From assembly GCA_963849525.1 (NCBI GenBank), contig CAWKHL010000004.1, positions 196,999-260,998 of the forward strand: a stretch of 64,000 nt of DNA. Direction: 5' to 3'. Shown one piece after another: positions 47,368-58,369 of this stretch; within the stretch, counting starts at the first letter, position 1; each line of letters starts with the position of its first letter. The notes beneath the pieces are model-generated. The model was not told the origin of the DNA. It did no database searches and was given only the letters and a program-made list of their open reading frames with translations. This DNA comes from an uncultured Acidobacteriota bacterium (GTDB lineage Bacteria; Acidobacteriota; Vicinamibacteria; Vicinamibacterales; SCN-69-37). Both the position numbers and the translations under genes were made by a program.

Positions 47368-47858
47368 CAGGCGGACCCACCGACTTTTCGGGCCTGCTCG
47401 AGCGTCTGCTCCACGGGCGCGTCGAGTTCATTCTTGTTGGCGGCGTGGCCGGAAACGTCCATGGTGCGGCACGCGCGACGTTCGATGTCGATGTCGTCTA
47501 CGGCCGCTCGTCGGAGAATCTCGACCGGCTGGTCGATGCGCTCGCGCCGGTGCGCCCGTACCTGCGGGGCGCTCCGCCCGGACTCCCGTTTGCATTCACC
47601 AGAGAGACGCTGCTTCGGGGGCTGAACTTCACCCTGACGACGGCGCTCGGCGACATCGACCTGCTCGGCGAGGTGACCGGCGGCGGCCGCTACGAAGACC
47701 TCTTGCCGTCGAGCGAGACGGTTGAACTCTTCGGGGCCGGGTGCCGATGCGTGACGCTGGACACGCTCATTCAGCTCAAGCGCGCTGCGGGACGTCCAAG
47801 GGATCTTGACGCCATCGCAGAACTCGAGGCCCTTCGCGAAGAACGGGACCGCAGGTAG
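47364..47858 (+). CDS. minimal nucleotidyltransferase-fold protein (~164 aa)
   Basis: FILVGGVAGNVHGAARATFDVDV (GG...DxD) and C-terminal LIQLKRAAGRPRDLDAI. The architecture matches 6113..6682. Confidence 0.7.
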   Translation: MTGGPTDFSGLLERLLHGRVEFILVGGVAGNVHGAARATFDVDVVYGRSSENLDRLVDALAPVRPYLRGAPPGLPFAFTRETLLRGLNFTLTTALGDIDLLGEVTGGGRYEDLLPSSETVELFGAGCRCVTLDTLIQLKRAAGRPRDLDAIAELEALREERDRR

Positions 47859-48009
47859 ATCTCTGCGGAACGGGCGCGGCCTCGGGCCGAAGAGTGGTAG
47901 CCGGTGATGAGACGTCGGGCAAGGCGGCCGCGCGCGACGCGGGGGGCGCCATCATCGACCGCGGGTTGGCGATCACCGACCGCGCGGTCGTGTAACGGAG
48001 GCAACGCCA

Positions 48010-48186
48010 ATGGGACGGACGAAGCGCCCGATGTGGGCGATATTGCTGGTGTTCGCGGTGTTGGGGATCATTCGGGTCGCGCCGAGGGTGCGGGCGGTTG
48101 ACCTCGTCGCGTTGACTGGCAGCGGGGTCCTCGCCGGGATCTCGATCGCCGGGCTCGTGAGCGGCCGGAAGTCGACGCCCGAGTAG
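48010..48186 (+). CDS. small two-TM membrane protein (58 aa; below the ORF-track cutoff)
   Basis: GGAGG Shine-Dalgarno 8 nt upstream of the ATG at 48010. Sequence MGRTKRPMWAILLVFAVLGIIRVAPRVRAVDLVALTGSGVLAGISIAGLVSGRKSTPE. Confidence 0.5.
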   Translation: MGRTKRPMWAILLVFAVLGIIRVAPRVRAVDLVALTGSGVLAGISIAGLVSGRKSTPE

Positions 48187-48191
48187 CCGCG

Positions 48192-48575
48192 CTAGTTCAT
48201 GAGCATGTGCAGGGCGACGATGGCCAGGATGCCCGCGGACAGCAGCGTGGCGGCCGCGATGACGAACGTCGAGAGATGCGCGCGGACCCGGGCGAGTGTC
48301 TGCCGCGCGGCCTCCCGAAGTTCCGGGTCGCGCTCCCAGGAGAACAGCAACGTGGCGCCGCCGACAACCAACACGGCCAGCGGCAGCGTGATGAGGAACC
48401 CCCAAAGGCCCACGCCCGGGCGCGCCGAGTACCACATCACGATCCGGTGAGCGGTGCTGGTCGGTTCGTCAGAGGCTGGCAGCAGGTTGCGGACGAAGAG
48501 CGCGGCCATGAACAAGGCCGCGGGGACGATGAGCAGCAGTTCGGTGACGGCGAGGGCGGGCTTGAGTGGGCGCAT
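48192..48575 (-). CDS. integral membrane protein, unknown family
   Basis: AAGGA Shine-Dalgarno before the ATG at 48575. Four hydrophobic segments. Confidence 0.55.
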   Translation of the reverse strand: MRPLKPALAVTELLLIVPAALFMAALFVRNLLPASDEPTSTAHRIVMWYSARPGVGLWGFLITLPLAVLVVGGATLLFSWERDPELREAARQTLARVRAHLSTFVIAAATLLSAGILAIVALHMLMN

Positions 48576-48725
48576 GGCTATCCTTTGTATCACAAAGTGA
48601 TTGGCAGGCCAAGTCCGCCCCGCCCCGGGGGGCTACATGAACGCCACATGACGACGCTGGGTCTGTAGCAGCGCCCGAGTGGGCGTCGTATGGGAGAGTG
48701 TAAAGGTCTCTAAACAAGCACACAG

Positions 48726-49536
48726 ATGGCGAACCGTGAACTTCGACCCTCGGGCCGCGGCAAGGACACGAACAGCGACGGCTCCGGCCGGCGGGTGGCC
48801 AACCGCCTGGTCGCGCTGAGTTCGGCGGCGGTCTTGACCGTGTACGCGGCCGGCTACGTCCGCACGCGGGCCGCCGCGGAGAAGTTCGCGGGCGAGACGG
48901 CCCAGCGCCGGTCGGCCGCGCCCGCCGCCATGGAAGCCGCTTCGTCGGCCATGCCTGAACGCCAGATGAACGTGGCCGACCTCGTCCCGCCACCTGCTCC
49001 GGCGGCTCCAGGCGACGCGACCGACACCGATGCCAGGGCCACGCTTCAGGCCGCCGTCGTCGCTCCGCCGGCCGCGAAGGTGTCGGCATCGACGTCCGCG
49101 TCGTCATCCGAGAGCGCGGGGAGTGTGGTCTCTGCCGCGCCAGCGCTGGCGGCGACGAGCGAGCCGCCCCCGACGCTCTCCGCCGACGTCGCGACGGCGC
49201 CCACGCTCGTTGACATGGGCGCGTCGGCCAACCTCAGCCAGGCGCCCGTCCTGCAACCGGCCAAGCCGCAGGGACAGGTACAAAGACGGCACGTACACGG
49301 GGTGGGGGCACTGCCGTCACGGCGACATTCAGGCCGCGGTGGTCATCGACGCCGGCCGCATCGCGTCCGCGTCGATCGCGCAATGCCTGACGCGGTACTC
49401 GTGCTCGTGGATTTCCATGCTGCCCGGCCAGGTCGTGAGCCGGCAGAGTCCCAACGTGGATTACGTGTCGGGCGCCACGCAGAGTACCGACGCGTTCTAC
49501 TATGCGATCGTCGACGCCCTCTCCAAAGCCAAGTGA
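48726..49536 (+). CDS. membrane-anchored FMN-binding domain protein (flavinylation substrate), frameshifted as sequenced near 49277
   Basis: TM anchor LVALSSAAVLTVYAAGY and a long Ala/Pro/Ser linker. YKDGTYTGWG...NVDYVSGATQSTDAF follows in the next frame (ORF 49030..49536). The DxxSGAT motif is the ApbE flavinylation site. Confidence 0.75.
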
Positions 49537-49540
49537 TCCG

Positions 49541-50455
49541 GTGACCGGCGGCGTGCTTCGCGCGAGCGCGGCGCTGATGGGCACGTTCATCACGGTCGAA
49601 CTCGTGGGCGATCGCGCCGGAGGCGCCACGCGCGTCGAGCGCGAGGACGCCGTCAACCGCGCGTTCGGTTGGTTTCGTGACATCGAACGGCGCTGTTCCC
49701 GCTTCGACCCGGCGAGCGAGCTGTCGCAGCTCACGGCGCGCGTGGGCCTCGCGGTGCCGGTGAGCGCGATGCTTTTCGAAGCCGTTCAATTCGCTGTGGC
49801 CGTGGCGGAGGAGACCGGCGGCGCGTTCGACCCGACGGTCGGACACGCGATGGAGCGCCGCGGCTTCGACCGAGAGCACCGCACGGGCCAGCGCATCAGC
49901 ACCGCGGTCGATCCGAACGCACCGGTGAGCTTCCGCGACGTCCGCCTGGATCCGGTCGATCGCACGATCATGCTCCTGCGGCCGCTGCGGCTCGACCTGG
50001 GCGCCGTCGCGAAGGGGCTGGCCATCGACATGGCGGCTCGCGAGCTGCAGCCGTTCGAGGACTTCGCCATCGACGCCGGCGGCGACCTGTATCTTGGCGG
50101 CAAGAACGCGAACGGCGCCGCCTGGTCGGTGGGCATCCGGCATCCACGCCACGACGGTGCGCTCCTCGACGTGCTTCAGGTGTCCGATCGGGCCGTGTGC
50201 ACGTCTGGAGACTACGAGCGGGAAGGGGAGCGCGGGCACCATATTCTCGACCCGAGAGTCGACGCGTCGGCCGGTGAAGCCGTCAGCGTGACGGTCGTGG
50301 CGCCGACGGCGATGCTGGCCGATGCGGTCGCCACCGCGGCCTTCGTCCTCGGACCGTCCGAAGGCCTCGCCTTGTGTGAGCGCCTCGGCCTGGAGGGCCT
50401 CATCATCTCGCCGCAACTGGAACGGTTCGCGACGCCGGGGCTCATCCATGGCTAA
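49541..50455 (+). CDS. apbE: FAD:protein FMN transferase
   Basis: ALMGTFITVEL, FDPTVG, LDLGAVAKGLAID, AIDAGGDLY, VCTSGDYER, HILDPR and ADAVATAAFVLG. Confidence 0.9.
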   Translation: MTGGVLRASAALMGTFITVELVGDRAGGATRVEREDAVNRAFGWFRDIERRCSRFDPASELSQLTARVGLAVPVSAMLFEAVQFAVAVAEETGGAFDPTVGHAMERRGFDREHRTGQRISTAVDPNAPVSFRDVRLDPVDRTIMLLRPLRLDLGAVAKGLAIDMAARELQPFEDFAIDAGGDLYLGGKNANGAAWSVGIRHPRHDGALLDVLQVSDRAVCTSGDYEREGERGHHILDPRVDASAGEAVSVTVVAPTAMLADAVATAAFVLGPSEGLALCERLGLEGLIISPQLERFATPGLIHG

Positions 50456-51290
50456 GGGCACGGCCGTCGCGCGGTTCTTCCGGACGCCCAAGGGACTTCT
50501 GCTCATCGTCTTCGCGATCCTGATCGGTCTGGCCGCGCCGAGCGAGGGTATCGGGCACGTTGGCCCGGCGCTCGCCGGGGCGGTGTTGGCGGCCGTGGTC
50601 GTCGACCTCCCGATTCTGCGGCTGCGGGAAGGGGCCTGGGTCTTTCCGAGCGGCGCCATCCTCACCGGCCTCATCGTGGCGATGGTGCTCAGTCCGTTCG
50701 AGCCCTGGTACGTCGACGCCTGCACCGCGGCGATTGGCGTCGCGAGCAAGTACGTGCTGCGGACGCGGTTGGCCAACATCTTCAATCCGGCCGCCCTCGG
50801 GCTCGTGGCCACGTTCTACGTCTTCAACACGGGCCAGAGCTGGTGGGGCGCGCTGCCGGATGCGCCGCCGGTCGTGCTCATCGCGCTCTTCGCGACGGGG
50901 CTGTTCATCACGCAGCGGGTCAACAAACTTCCGCTCGTACTGGCGTTTCTCGGCGCTTACTATCTGCTCTTCACGGCGACGACCTTCGTGGGCGATCCGG
51001 CACGCGTCGCCGAGCTCTATCGGACGCCCGACGTGCAGGCGGCGCTCTACTTCGCGTTCTTCATCCTCACCGACCCGCCGACGTCGCCGACCCGCGCGCC
51101 CGACCAGATCATCTGCGGCCTCATCGTGGCGGCGGTGAGCTACGCGGTCTTCGAGTGGGTCGGCGCGGCCTACTTCCTGCTGGCCGGCGTGCTGGTGGGC
51201 AACGTCTGGGAAGGCGCGCGCCGCTGGCGCATCGACCGCGCGCGTCAGGCGGCCCGGCGTGGCTCCGAGCTCTTGGCGCGCACGACGTGA
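50448..51290 (+). CDS. NqrB/RnfD-like polytopic membrane protein
   Basis: Multi-TM protein with ANIFNPAALGLV and FFILTDPPTSP motifs. No SGAT flavinylation motif seen. It overlaps the end of apbE by 8 nt. Confidence 0.65.
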   Translation: MAKGTAVARFFRTPKGLLLIVFAILIGLAAPSEGIGHVGPALAGAVLAAVVVDLPILRLREGAWVFPSGAILTGLIVAMVLSPFEPWYVDACTAAIGVASKYVLRTRLANIFNPAALGLVATFYVFNTGQSWWGALPDAPPVVLIALFATGLFITQRVNKLPLVLAFLGAYYLLFTATTFVGDPARVAELYRTPDVQAALYFAFFILTDPPTSPTRAPDQIICGLIVAAVSYAVFEWVGAAYFLLAGVLVGNVWEGARRWRIDRARQAARRGSELLARTT

Positions 51291-51518
51291 TGTAGGGTAG
51301 GGGCACGTTCCCCGCCAGGCGCCGAACGAACAGATGCTGCTCGAGCACGCGCGTCTGGGCGGCTTTCCGGCGAACGCGATTTCGGAAATCAAGACGACCA
51401 TCGACCCGACGACGGCCGAGTAGCCCGAGGGGCACTCGGCGCAGGGGCCACTGCGCGACCACATGGCGCCACGAATTCACGCATCGGACGTCGGCAGACG
51501 ACGCGCCACTTCGCGATA

Positions 51519-52805
51519 ATGTCTCCGATGCCGCCAGACACGATCTTTCAGATGACCGGGTCAACCGTGCGTTTCGGTGCCGGCGCCACACGCGAGGTGG
51601 GGGCCGACTTCGTCGATCTTGGCTGCCGTCGCGTGCTCGCCATCATCGACGCGGCCGTCCTGCACCGCTATCCCGGTCAGGCCGCGCTCGAATCACTCCG
51701 CTCGGCGGGCGTCAACTTCGACGTGTTCAGCCGCGTGCACTGCGAGCCAACGGACGCGTCGTTCCAGGAAGCGATTGCGGCGGCGTCGAGCGCGGCGTTC
51801 GACGGCTTCCTGGCGGTCGGCGGCGGGTCCACGATCGACACGGCCAAAGCCGCCAATCTCTACGCGACGTGGCCGGCCGACTTCACCGAGTACGTCAACC
51901 CGACGCTCGGTCGCGGCGTGACGCCGCCCGGGCCGCTCAAGCCGCTGATTGCCGTCCCGACGACCGCGGGGACGGGCAGCGAGACGACCGCCGTCGCGGT
52001 CTTTGACTTCGAGCGCGAGCGGGTCAAGACGGGGATCGCGAATCGCTTCCTGCGGCCGACGCTCGGCATCCTCGATCCCGAGAACACGCGCACCTGCCCG
52101 AAGGCGGTCGCGGCCAGCACGGGTCTCGACGTGCTGAGCCACGCGCTCGAGTCGTTCACGGCGCGGCCCTATCTCGACCGCGAGCGGCCGGCCCGGCCGT
52201 CGCTGCGGTCCGCCTACCAGGGCGCGAATCCGATCAGCGACGTCTGGGCGCTCGAGGCCCTGCGCATCCTGGCCGAGTGCCTGCCGCGCGTGTACGCCGA
52301 TGCGTCCGATGATGACGCGCGGGGGCGGATGCTGCTGGCGGCGTCTTACGCGGGCGTCGGTTTCGGCAACGCCGGCGTGCACCTGCCGCACGCGATGGCG
52401 TATCCGGTGGCCGGCCAGATCGAGCACTACCGCCCCGCCGGATACGCGACCGATCACGCGATGGTGCCGCACGGGACCTCGGTCATCGTGCACACGCCGG
52501 CTGTCTGCCGCCTGACGGCGCCCGCCGCGCCCGAGCGGCATCTGCGCGCGGCCGAGGCGCTCGGCGCCGACGTACGTGATGTGCCGCTCTCCAGCGCTGG
52601 CGATGTGCTCGCCGAGCGTGTGCTTCACTTCATGCGCGTCACCGATCAGCCGATGGGCCTCACGGCGTTCGGCTATACGGACGCCGACATCCCGCGGCTC
52701 GTCGAGGGGACCCTGGTCCAGGCGCGCCTGCTGAAGCTGTCGCCGATCAATCCGACGCCGGCGGTTCTCGCGCAACTGTTCCGGGAATCCCTGCGGCTCT
52801 CGTAG
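51519..52805 (+). CDS. iron-containing alcohol dehydrogenase family (hydroxyacid-oxoacid transhydrogenase-like)
   Basis: LAVGGGSTIDTAKAA, AVPTTAGTGSETT, GLDVLSHALES and GVHLPHAMAYP. An alternative start at ATG 51528 lies 7 nt after GATAAT. Confidence 0.85.
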   Translation: MSPMPPDTIFQMTGSTVRFGAGATREVGADFVDLGCRRVLAIIDAAVLHRYPGQAALESLRSAGVNFDVFSRVHCEPTDASFQEAIAAASSAAFDGFLAVGGGSTIDTAKAANLYATWPADFTEYVNPTLGRGVTPPGPLKPLIAVPTTAGTGSETTAVAVFDFERERVKTGIANRFLRPTLGILDPENTRTCPKAVAASTGLDVLSHALESFTARPYLDRERPARPSLRSAYQGANPISDVWALEALRILAECLPRVYADASDDDARGRMLLAASYAGVGFGNAGVHLPHAMAYPVAGQIEHYRPAGYATDHAMVPHGTSVIVHTPAVCRLTAPAAPERHLRAAEALGADVRDVPLSSAGDVLAERVLHFMRVTDQPMGLTAFGYTDADIPRLVEGTLVQARLLKLSPINPTPAVLAQLFRESLRLS

Positions 52806-52914
52806 CGCCGAGGAGCGGCGCGCCGGGATCCGGCACGCCAACACCCACACCGTGGTCAGGACGCTCACCGCCGAGACTTGACAAGTCGGGCGGGGCCGGC
52901 CAGTCTCTAGTAGA

Positions 52915-53274
52915 ATGTCTACCAAGAAGGCCGGCGAGGAGCGCATGGCCCTGCTCCAGGGCACGCTCGACGTCCTGATCCTCAAAATGCTGCTGGCCGG
53001 CCCCCAGCACGGCCACGGCATCACGGTCGCGATCGAGCAGCAGTCGGCGTCCGTGCTCTTGGTCGATCACGGGTCACTCTATCCTGCCCTGCAGCGGCTG
53101 GAATCCAAAGGTTTCGTCACCGCCAAGTGGGGGACGTCGGACAACAATCGGCGGGCGCGCTTCTACAGCCTGACGAAGGCCGGCCGCAGGGCGGCGACGC
53201 AGGGGACGAGCGATTGGCACCGCTTCGCGGCGGCGGTCACGCGAATTCTCGGGACGAGCGGCGGGGGAGCGTAG
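52915..53274 (+). CDS. PadR-family transcriptional regulator
   Basis: [24 protein letters not shown]...[20 protein letters not shown]...[11 protein letters not shown]. An alternative start at 52945 has a GAGGAG Shine-Dalgarno. Confidence 0.9.
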   Translation: MSTKKAGEERMALLQGTLDVLILKMLLAGPQHGHGITVAIEQQSASVLLVDHGSLYPALQRLESKGFVTAKWGTSDNNRRARFYSLTKAGRRAATQGTSDWHRFAAAVTRILGTSGGGA

Positions 53275-53276
53275 CG

Positions 53277-55970
53277 ATGGGCTGGTGGCGCGGGCGCTCG
53301 CCTGAGGATTTCGACGACGAGATTCGCGCGCACGTCGAGGCCGAAGAGGCGCGGCTGCGCGATCGCGGCGTGGCGCCTGACGAGGCCAGACGCCGGGCGC
53401 GCGTGGCCTTCGGCGGGATCGCGCAGGCGCGCGAGGGCTTCCGCGAGCGCAGCCGGTGGCGCTGGTTCGAAACCTTGTGGCAGGACATCCGTTACGGCGC
53501 GCGGCTGATGCGCCGCAGCCCCGCGTTCACGATCACGGCCGTGATCGTCCTGGCCCTCGGCATCGGCGCGAACACGGCGCTGTTCAGCGTCATCAATGGC
53601 CTGTTCTTCCGAGACTTGCATGTGAGCCAGCCCGAGCGGCTCGTGTATGTCAACACCAGGGCTCCGGGCGGCCAGGTGCAGGGGGCGCTCAGTCGAGACG
53701 ACGAGGCGTTTGTTCGGGACGCGGCCGCGGGACTCGCCGATTTCACCGCTCACCTCAACACCTCCGCGGACGTCTCTGTCGATGGAGAGACGTCCCGGCT
53801 GCCCGGGGAGATCGTCGAAGCCAATTACTTCGATCTGCTCGGTGTCGCCTGCGAACGGGGGAGGGCCTTTTCCGCCGAGGACGACACACCGTCCACTCCC
53901 GAGTTGACCGTCATCGTGAGCCACGATTTCTGGACGACGCGGCTGTCAGGCGACCCTGAGGCGATTGGCAGACCCCTCCGCATCAACGGCCGGATCTTCC
54001 GCATCATCGGCATCGCTCGGGACGGATTTCACGGACTGGCGTCGCCATTTCGACCGTCGCAGTGGTGGGTGCCCCACGGGCAAGTGGCGGGCGGGCGCTT
54101 CGACCAGGGGCCGATCGCTCGGCTCAAACCGGGTGTCGATGTGGCGGAGCTCCAGGCATTGATCGCGGGGAAGACGCCGGGATACATACGCGGGCAGTGG
54201 GAAGGGCTCACTGGCGCGTGGGCATGGGCGATCTACCGCAACAAAACGTTTCTGATTTCCCGAATCGCCGATATCGACATCCCATCCTGGCCGACGGCCC
54301 GGCTCGTCCCGCCCGCGGTACTCGCCGGCGTGGCGACGGTCTCCGGTCTCGTGCTGTTGATCGCGTGTGCCAACATCGCGGGCCTCCTCCTCTCACGCGG
54401 CACGAGTCGAACGGGTGAAGTGGCCGTGCGGCAGGCGCTTGGGGCGGCGGGCGTTCGCTTGTTCCGGCAAATCGTGACCGAGAGCGTGCTGCTCTCAGGA
54501 TTCGGCGCACTCGTCGGTGTCGGCGTGGCGACGGCCTTGGTCCGGCTGTTCACCACCGTGACCCCTCAAACGCTGGCCGTGCCGATTTCGATCGATACGC
54601 GCGTCCTGTTTTTCGCCGTGGGCGGCGCCCTCGCGACGGGCGTGCTCGTCGGCCTGGCGCCTGCCCTTCAAGCGACGCGCGTCCAACTGCTTCAGGCGCT
54701 CGGCTCCGGCGTGGTCGGCTCCCGGGGCACGGGCCGTTCATTCGGTCGATGGATCGTGGTGCCGCAGGTGACCGTGTCGCTGGTCCTGCTTCTCGTGGCG
54801 GGGGTTCAGGTCCGCGCCCTGCGGCAGATTGAAGCCCGCAGTCTTGGATATCGCACGAGCGGCACGAGTGTCTTCGAGATCACCCGCGGAACATTGAGCC
54901 TGCAGATGTGGACGCTGGGGATGATGCGGATCGATACGACCGAGGAGGCCAAGGACCGCGCGTTCGCGCGGAGCGTCGTGAACGCGGCGGCCGCCACGCC
55001 TGGCATCGATCAGTTCGCGCTCGTGTCGCTGCTTCCTCTCGGCGATTCCCTGAACGTCGAGAAGCCTGTGCTTGAGCGGCCCGCGATGCGACCCGTACGG
55101 ACGCCGGCGATCAAGGCGTCCGAGGGTTTCGTGTCCGACGGCTACTTCGACCTGATGGGCATGCATCTTCTCGCCGGCCGCACATTCGACGACCGGGATC
55201 AGGCGTACGAGAACTCCGGTACGCATGCGGCCGTCGTCAGCGCGTCGATCGCGGCCGCGTTGGGGGGACCTAATCTCGTGGGTCGCTCCATCGCGCTCGC
55301 CCCTGATGGCCGCGCTCAACCCGATTGGCTCGAGGTCATTGGCATCGTCAACGACGTCGAGCCCGTGCTCAACGATGGCGGCGTCCATCCCGTCGTCTAT
55401 GAAGCGCTCCGTCAGCGATCGCATCCGATCGGAGGCTTCTCCCTGCTCGTTCGCAGCCACGGCGATCGGGCCGAGCTGATTGGGTCCGTGAGAAAGGCGG
55501 TGTTCGGCGCCGACCCGTCCGTCGAGATTGCCGGCGTCCGAACACTCGACGACATTGCCGGCGAGATTCTCTACCCGCGGCGGCTCGCGGCCGGCCTTCT
55601 CGCGGCCGCGGCGACAATCGGGCTCGCACTCGCGTGCATCGGCCTCTACGGCATCGTCTCGTACGCGGCTTCCCGACGGACGCGCGAGTTTGGCATTCGC
55701 GCGACGCTTGGCGCCACGCGTCATGACATCGTCCGCCTCGTGCTGCGTGACGGCGCGATCGTCCTCGGCGCAGGGATCAGTCTCGGCCTCGTGCTCGGAG
55801 CGATGGCGTTGCGCGTGGCCGCGAACGCGGTGCGTGGGCTTCCGACGTTCGATGCCGTGGTCTTCGTTGGGGTGCCGCTCGCGCTGGTGCTCGTGGCCCT
55901 TGCCGCCTGTCTTGCTCCCGCGTGGCGCGCGTCGCGCATCGACCCCGCGCAGGTCATCCGCGGCGAGTAG
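53277..55970 (+). CDS. ADOP-family duplicated FtsX/MacB-type permease
   Basis: An 897-aa protein with N-terminal [17 protein letters not shown]... and then [32 protein letters not shown]. Two FtsX-like modules. It directly follows padR. Confidence 0.85.
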   Translation: MGWWRGRSPEDFDDEIRAHVEAEEARLRDRGVAPDEARRRARVAFGGIAQAREGFRERSRWRWFETLWQDIRYGARLMRRSPAFTITAVIVLALGIGANTALFSVINGLFFRDLHVSQPERLVYVNTRAPGGQVQGALSRDDEAFVRDAAAGLADFTAHLNTSADVSVDGETSRLPGEIVEANYFDLLGVACERGRAFSAEDDTPSTPELTVIVSHDFWTTRLSGDPEAIGRPLRINGRIFRIIGIARDGFHGLASPFRPSQWWVPHGQVAGGRFDQGPIARLKPGVDVAELQALIAGKTPGYIRGQWEGLTGAWAWAIYRNKTFLISRIADIDIPSWPTARLVPPAVLAGVATVSGLVLLIACANIAGLLLSRGTSRTGEVAVRQALGAAGVRLFRQIVTESVLLSGFGALVGVGVATALVRLFTTVTPQTLAVPISIDTRVLFFAVGGALATGVLVGLAPALQATRVQLLQALGSGVVGSRGTGRSFGRWIVVPQVTVSLVLLLVAGVQVRALRQIEARSLGYRTSGTSVFEITRGTLSLQMWTLGMMRIDTTEEAKDRAFARSVVNAAAATPGIDQFALVSLLPLGDSLNVEKPVLERPAMRPVRTPAIKASEGFVSDGYFDLMGMHLLAGRTFDDRDQAYENSGTHAAVVSASIAAALGGPNLVGRSIALAPDGRAQPDWLEVIGIVNDVEPVLNDGGVHPVVYEALRQRSHPIGGFSLLVRSHGDRAELIGSVRKAVFGADPSVEIAGVRTLDDIAGEILYPRRLAAGLLAAAATIGLALACIGLYGIVSYAASRRTREFGIRATLGATRHDIVRLVLRDGAIVLGAGISLGLVLGAMALRVAANAVRGLPTFDAVVFVGVPLALVLVALAACLAPAWRASRIDPAQVIRGE

Positions 55971-56072
55971 GCGCGTCGGGGCGCACGGCGCCGATTGCTG
56001 ACGCCGGACACAAGGAGGGCACACGGCCCGATCGGGCCGACGACGTGCCGACCGACATCGCCGAATTGTTAA

Positions 56073-56123
56073 GAAGTGGTGGACGGCGCGAGGATCGAAC
56101 TCGCGACCTCCGCGTTGCGAACG
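56073..56123. repeat. 51-bp perfect direct repeat of the tRNA-Ala 3' part (att-like)
   Basis: GAAGTGGTGGACGGCGCGAGGATCGAACTCGCGACCTCCGCGTTGCGAACG is identical to 58290-58340. It covers tRNA positions 30-76 plus 4 nt of 3' flank. Confidence 0.95.
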
Positions 56124-56379
56124 TTCGCCGAAGACGCCGCTACCTTTCATCCGCTGAGTGACTTCTGAACCCTGTTCGAGGCGCAGTGCTCAGTGCGTGA
56201 GCACGCCTGTGTGTGCGGGGTTTTTCAGGGTCGCGCGCAGAACACGCGCACAAAAGGTGTCACAGGCCGCGCCACGAGCGAGTCGGCTCTGAGGGGAACC
56301 GATGCATGCCGACCCCTTGAGCCTAGCCTGCTTCAGAATGCTGTTGGATCGGACGGTGCTCCGGCCGAGCCTTGGGCTT

Positions 56380-57444
<1,065 letters not shown>

Positions 57445-57813
57445 TTACCAGGCGCGTCGAGGCGTCGCAAACGGGCCGATTGTCCCACATGGCCCCACGG
57501 AGAATCAGGCTTTAATCGTGATCAACTCGATGAACTCGCCGACGAATTGCGGCGTTTTGCAAGGCCGCGCATCGGAAACGAGTACAAAAATGTGTCACGC
57601 GGACGAGCGGCCGTGACGCGGGTTGGTCGGGGAGATCGCTGCCTCTCGACGGCGCGCGTACCCATCGTGTTGCCGTCAATGGCCTCAAACGGGATCTCGG
57701 GAATGTTCAGCCCGTCGAGGGCCCGCGCCTGGTCCCAGCCGGGCACGTCGGCCGGCGGAAGATCGGCGCCGGGCTGGCGCGCCCGATACGTCAAGGAAGT
57801 TGACGCGGCTGAA

Positions 57814-57924
57814 TTGACCCTGACGTTCTACCAGGAGTTGTACGACGCGGACGGTACCCTTCGCGAAGTGCATCACACGTTTCCAGTAGATCTGGGTCAC
57901 AAGCCGGTCGCAGGTGACGAATGA
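57814..57924 (+). CDS. very small ORF (start uncertain) overlapping the next ORF by ATGA
   Basis: C-terminus ...ELTLTFYQELYDADGTLREVHHTFPVDLGHKPVAGDE. Upstream in-frame sequence is ambiguous with a minus-strand ORF, and the start could be further upstream. Confidence 0.3.
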   Translation: MTLTFYQELYDADGTLREVHHTFPVDLGHKPVAGDE

Positions 57925-58184
57925 TGGTCACGAGAGAAACACTCGCGGTTCAGCTTCGCGATTACCTTCAACATCGCATCAGCCGTGCCGCGCTCGTCAA
58001 CTGGGCCGAGCGCGCGATGATGGACGAGGAGTTCGACGGCCGCGATCTCGAGACGATTCGCGACATCACGACGCGGCTGGGCTTGGCCGACGTGCGCGAA
58101 TTCGGTCTGACCTGGGAAGATTGTGAAGGGTATCTGTCCCGCCTCGGGTATCGCGCGAATGTCAACGTCGTGCAGGCGGGGTAG
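57921..58184 (+). CDS. small acidic protein (87 aa), unknown family
   Basis: MMVTRETLAVQLRDYLQHRISRAALVNWAERAMMDEEFDGRDLETIRDITTRLGLADVREFGLTWEDCEGYLSRLGY. Confidence 0.5.
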   Translation: MMVTRETLAVQLRDYLQHRISRAALVNWAERAMMDEEFDGRDLETIRDITTRLGLADVREFGLTWEDCEGYLSRLGYRANVNVVQAG

Positions 58185-58293
58185 GCCAGGCAGGCTTCGC
58201 TCTTGCACCCCTAATGCCCCCCCGCCGGTGGGAGGCAATCAAAGGGCGAGAGGGTCTCTCACCCGTAAGTCCTTGATGAGCTGACTGTTGAAG

Positions 58294-58369
<76 letters not shown>

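Noticed and set aside
51333-51422. A 29-codon ORF (MLLEHARLGGFPANAISEIKTTIDPTTAE) in the spacer before the alcohol dehydrogenase gene.
   Set aside because: It has no Shine-Dalgarno or -10 context and no recognisable family. It is too short to support.
52878-52916. TTGACA (52878-52883) and TAGAAT (52911-52916) as a promoter pair for padR.
   Set aside because: The spacing is 27 nt, far from the 16-18 nt optimum. TAGAAT also overlaps the first ATG, so at most the -10-like box alone is relevant.
56124-56160. The possibility that the 51-bp repeat is part of a second complete or pseudo tRNA.
   Set aside because: The sequence beyond the repeat (TTCGCCGAAGACGCCGCTACC...) cannot form the D-arm or the 5' acceptor strand. 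Only the 3' part is duplicated.
57545-57565. A sigma-54-like promoter in TTGCGGCGTTTTGCA.
   Set aside because: The GG-to-GC spacing is about 8 nt instead of the canonical 10-11 nt between the -24 and -12 elements.
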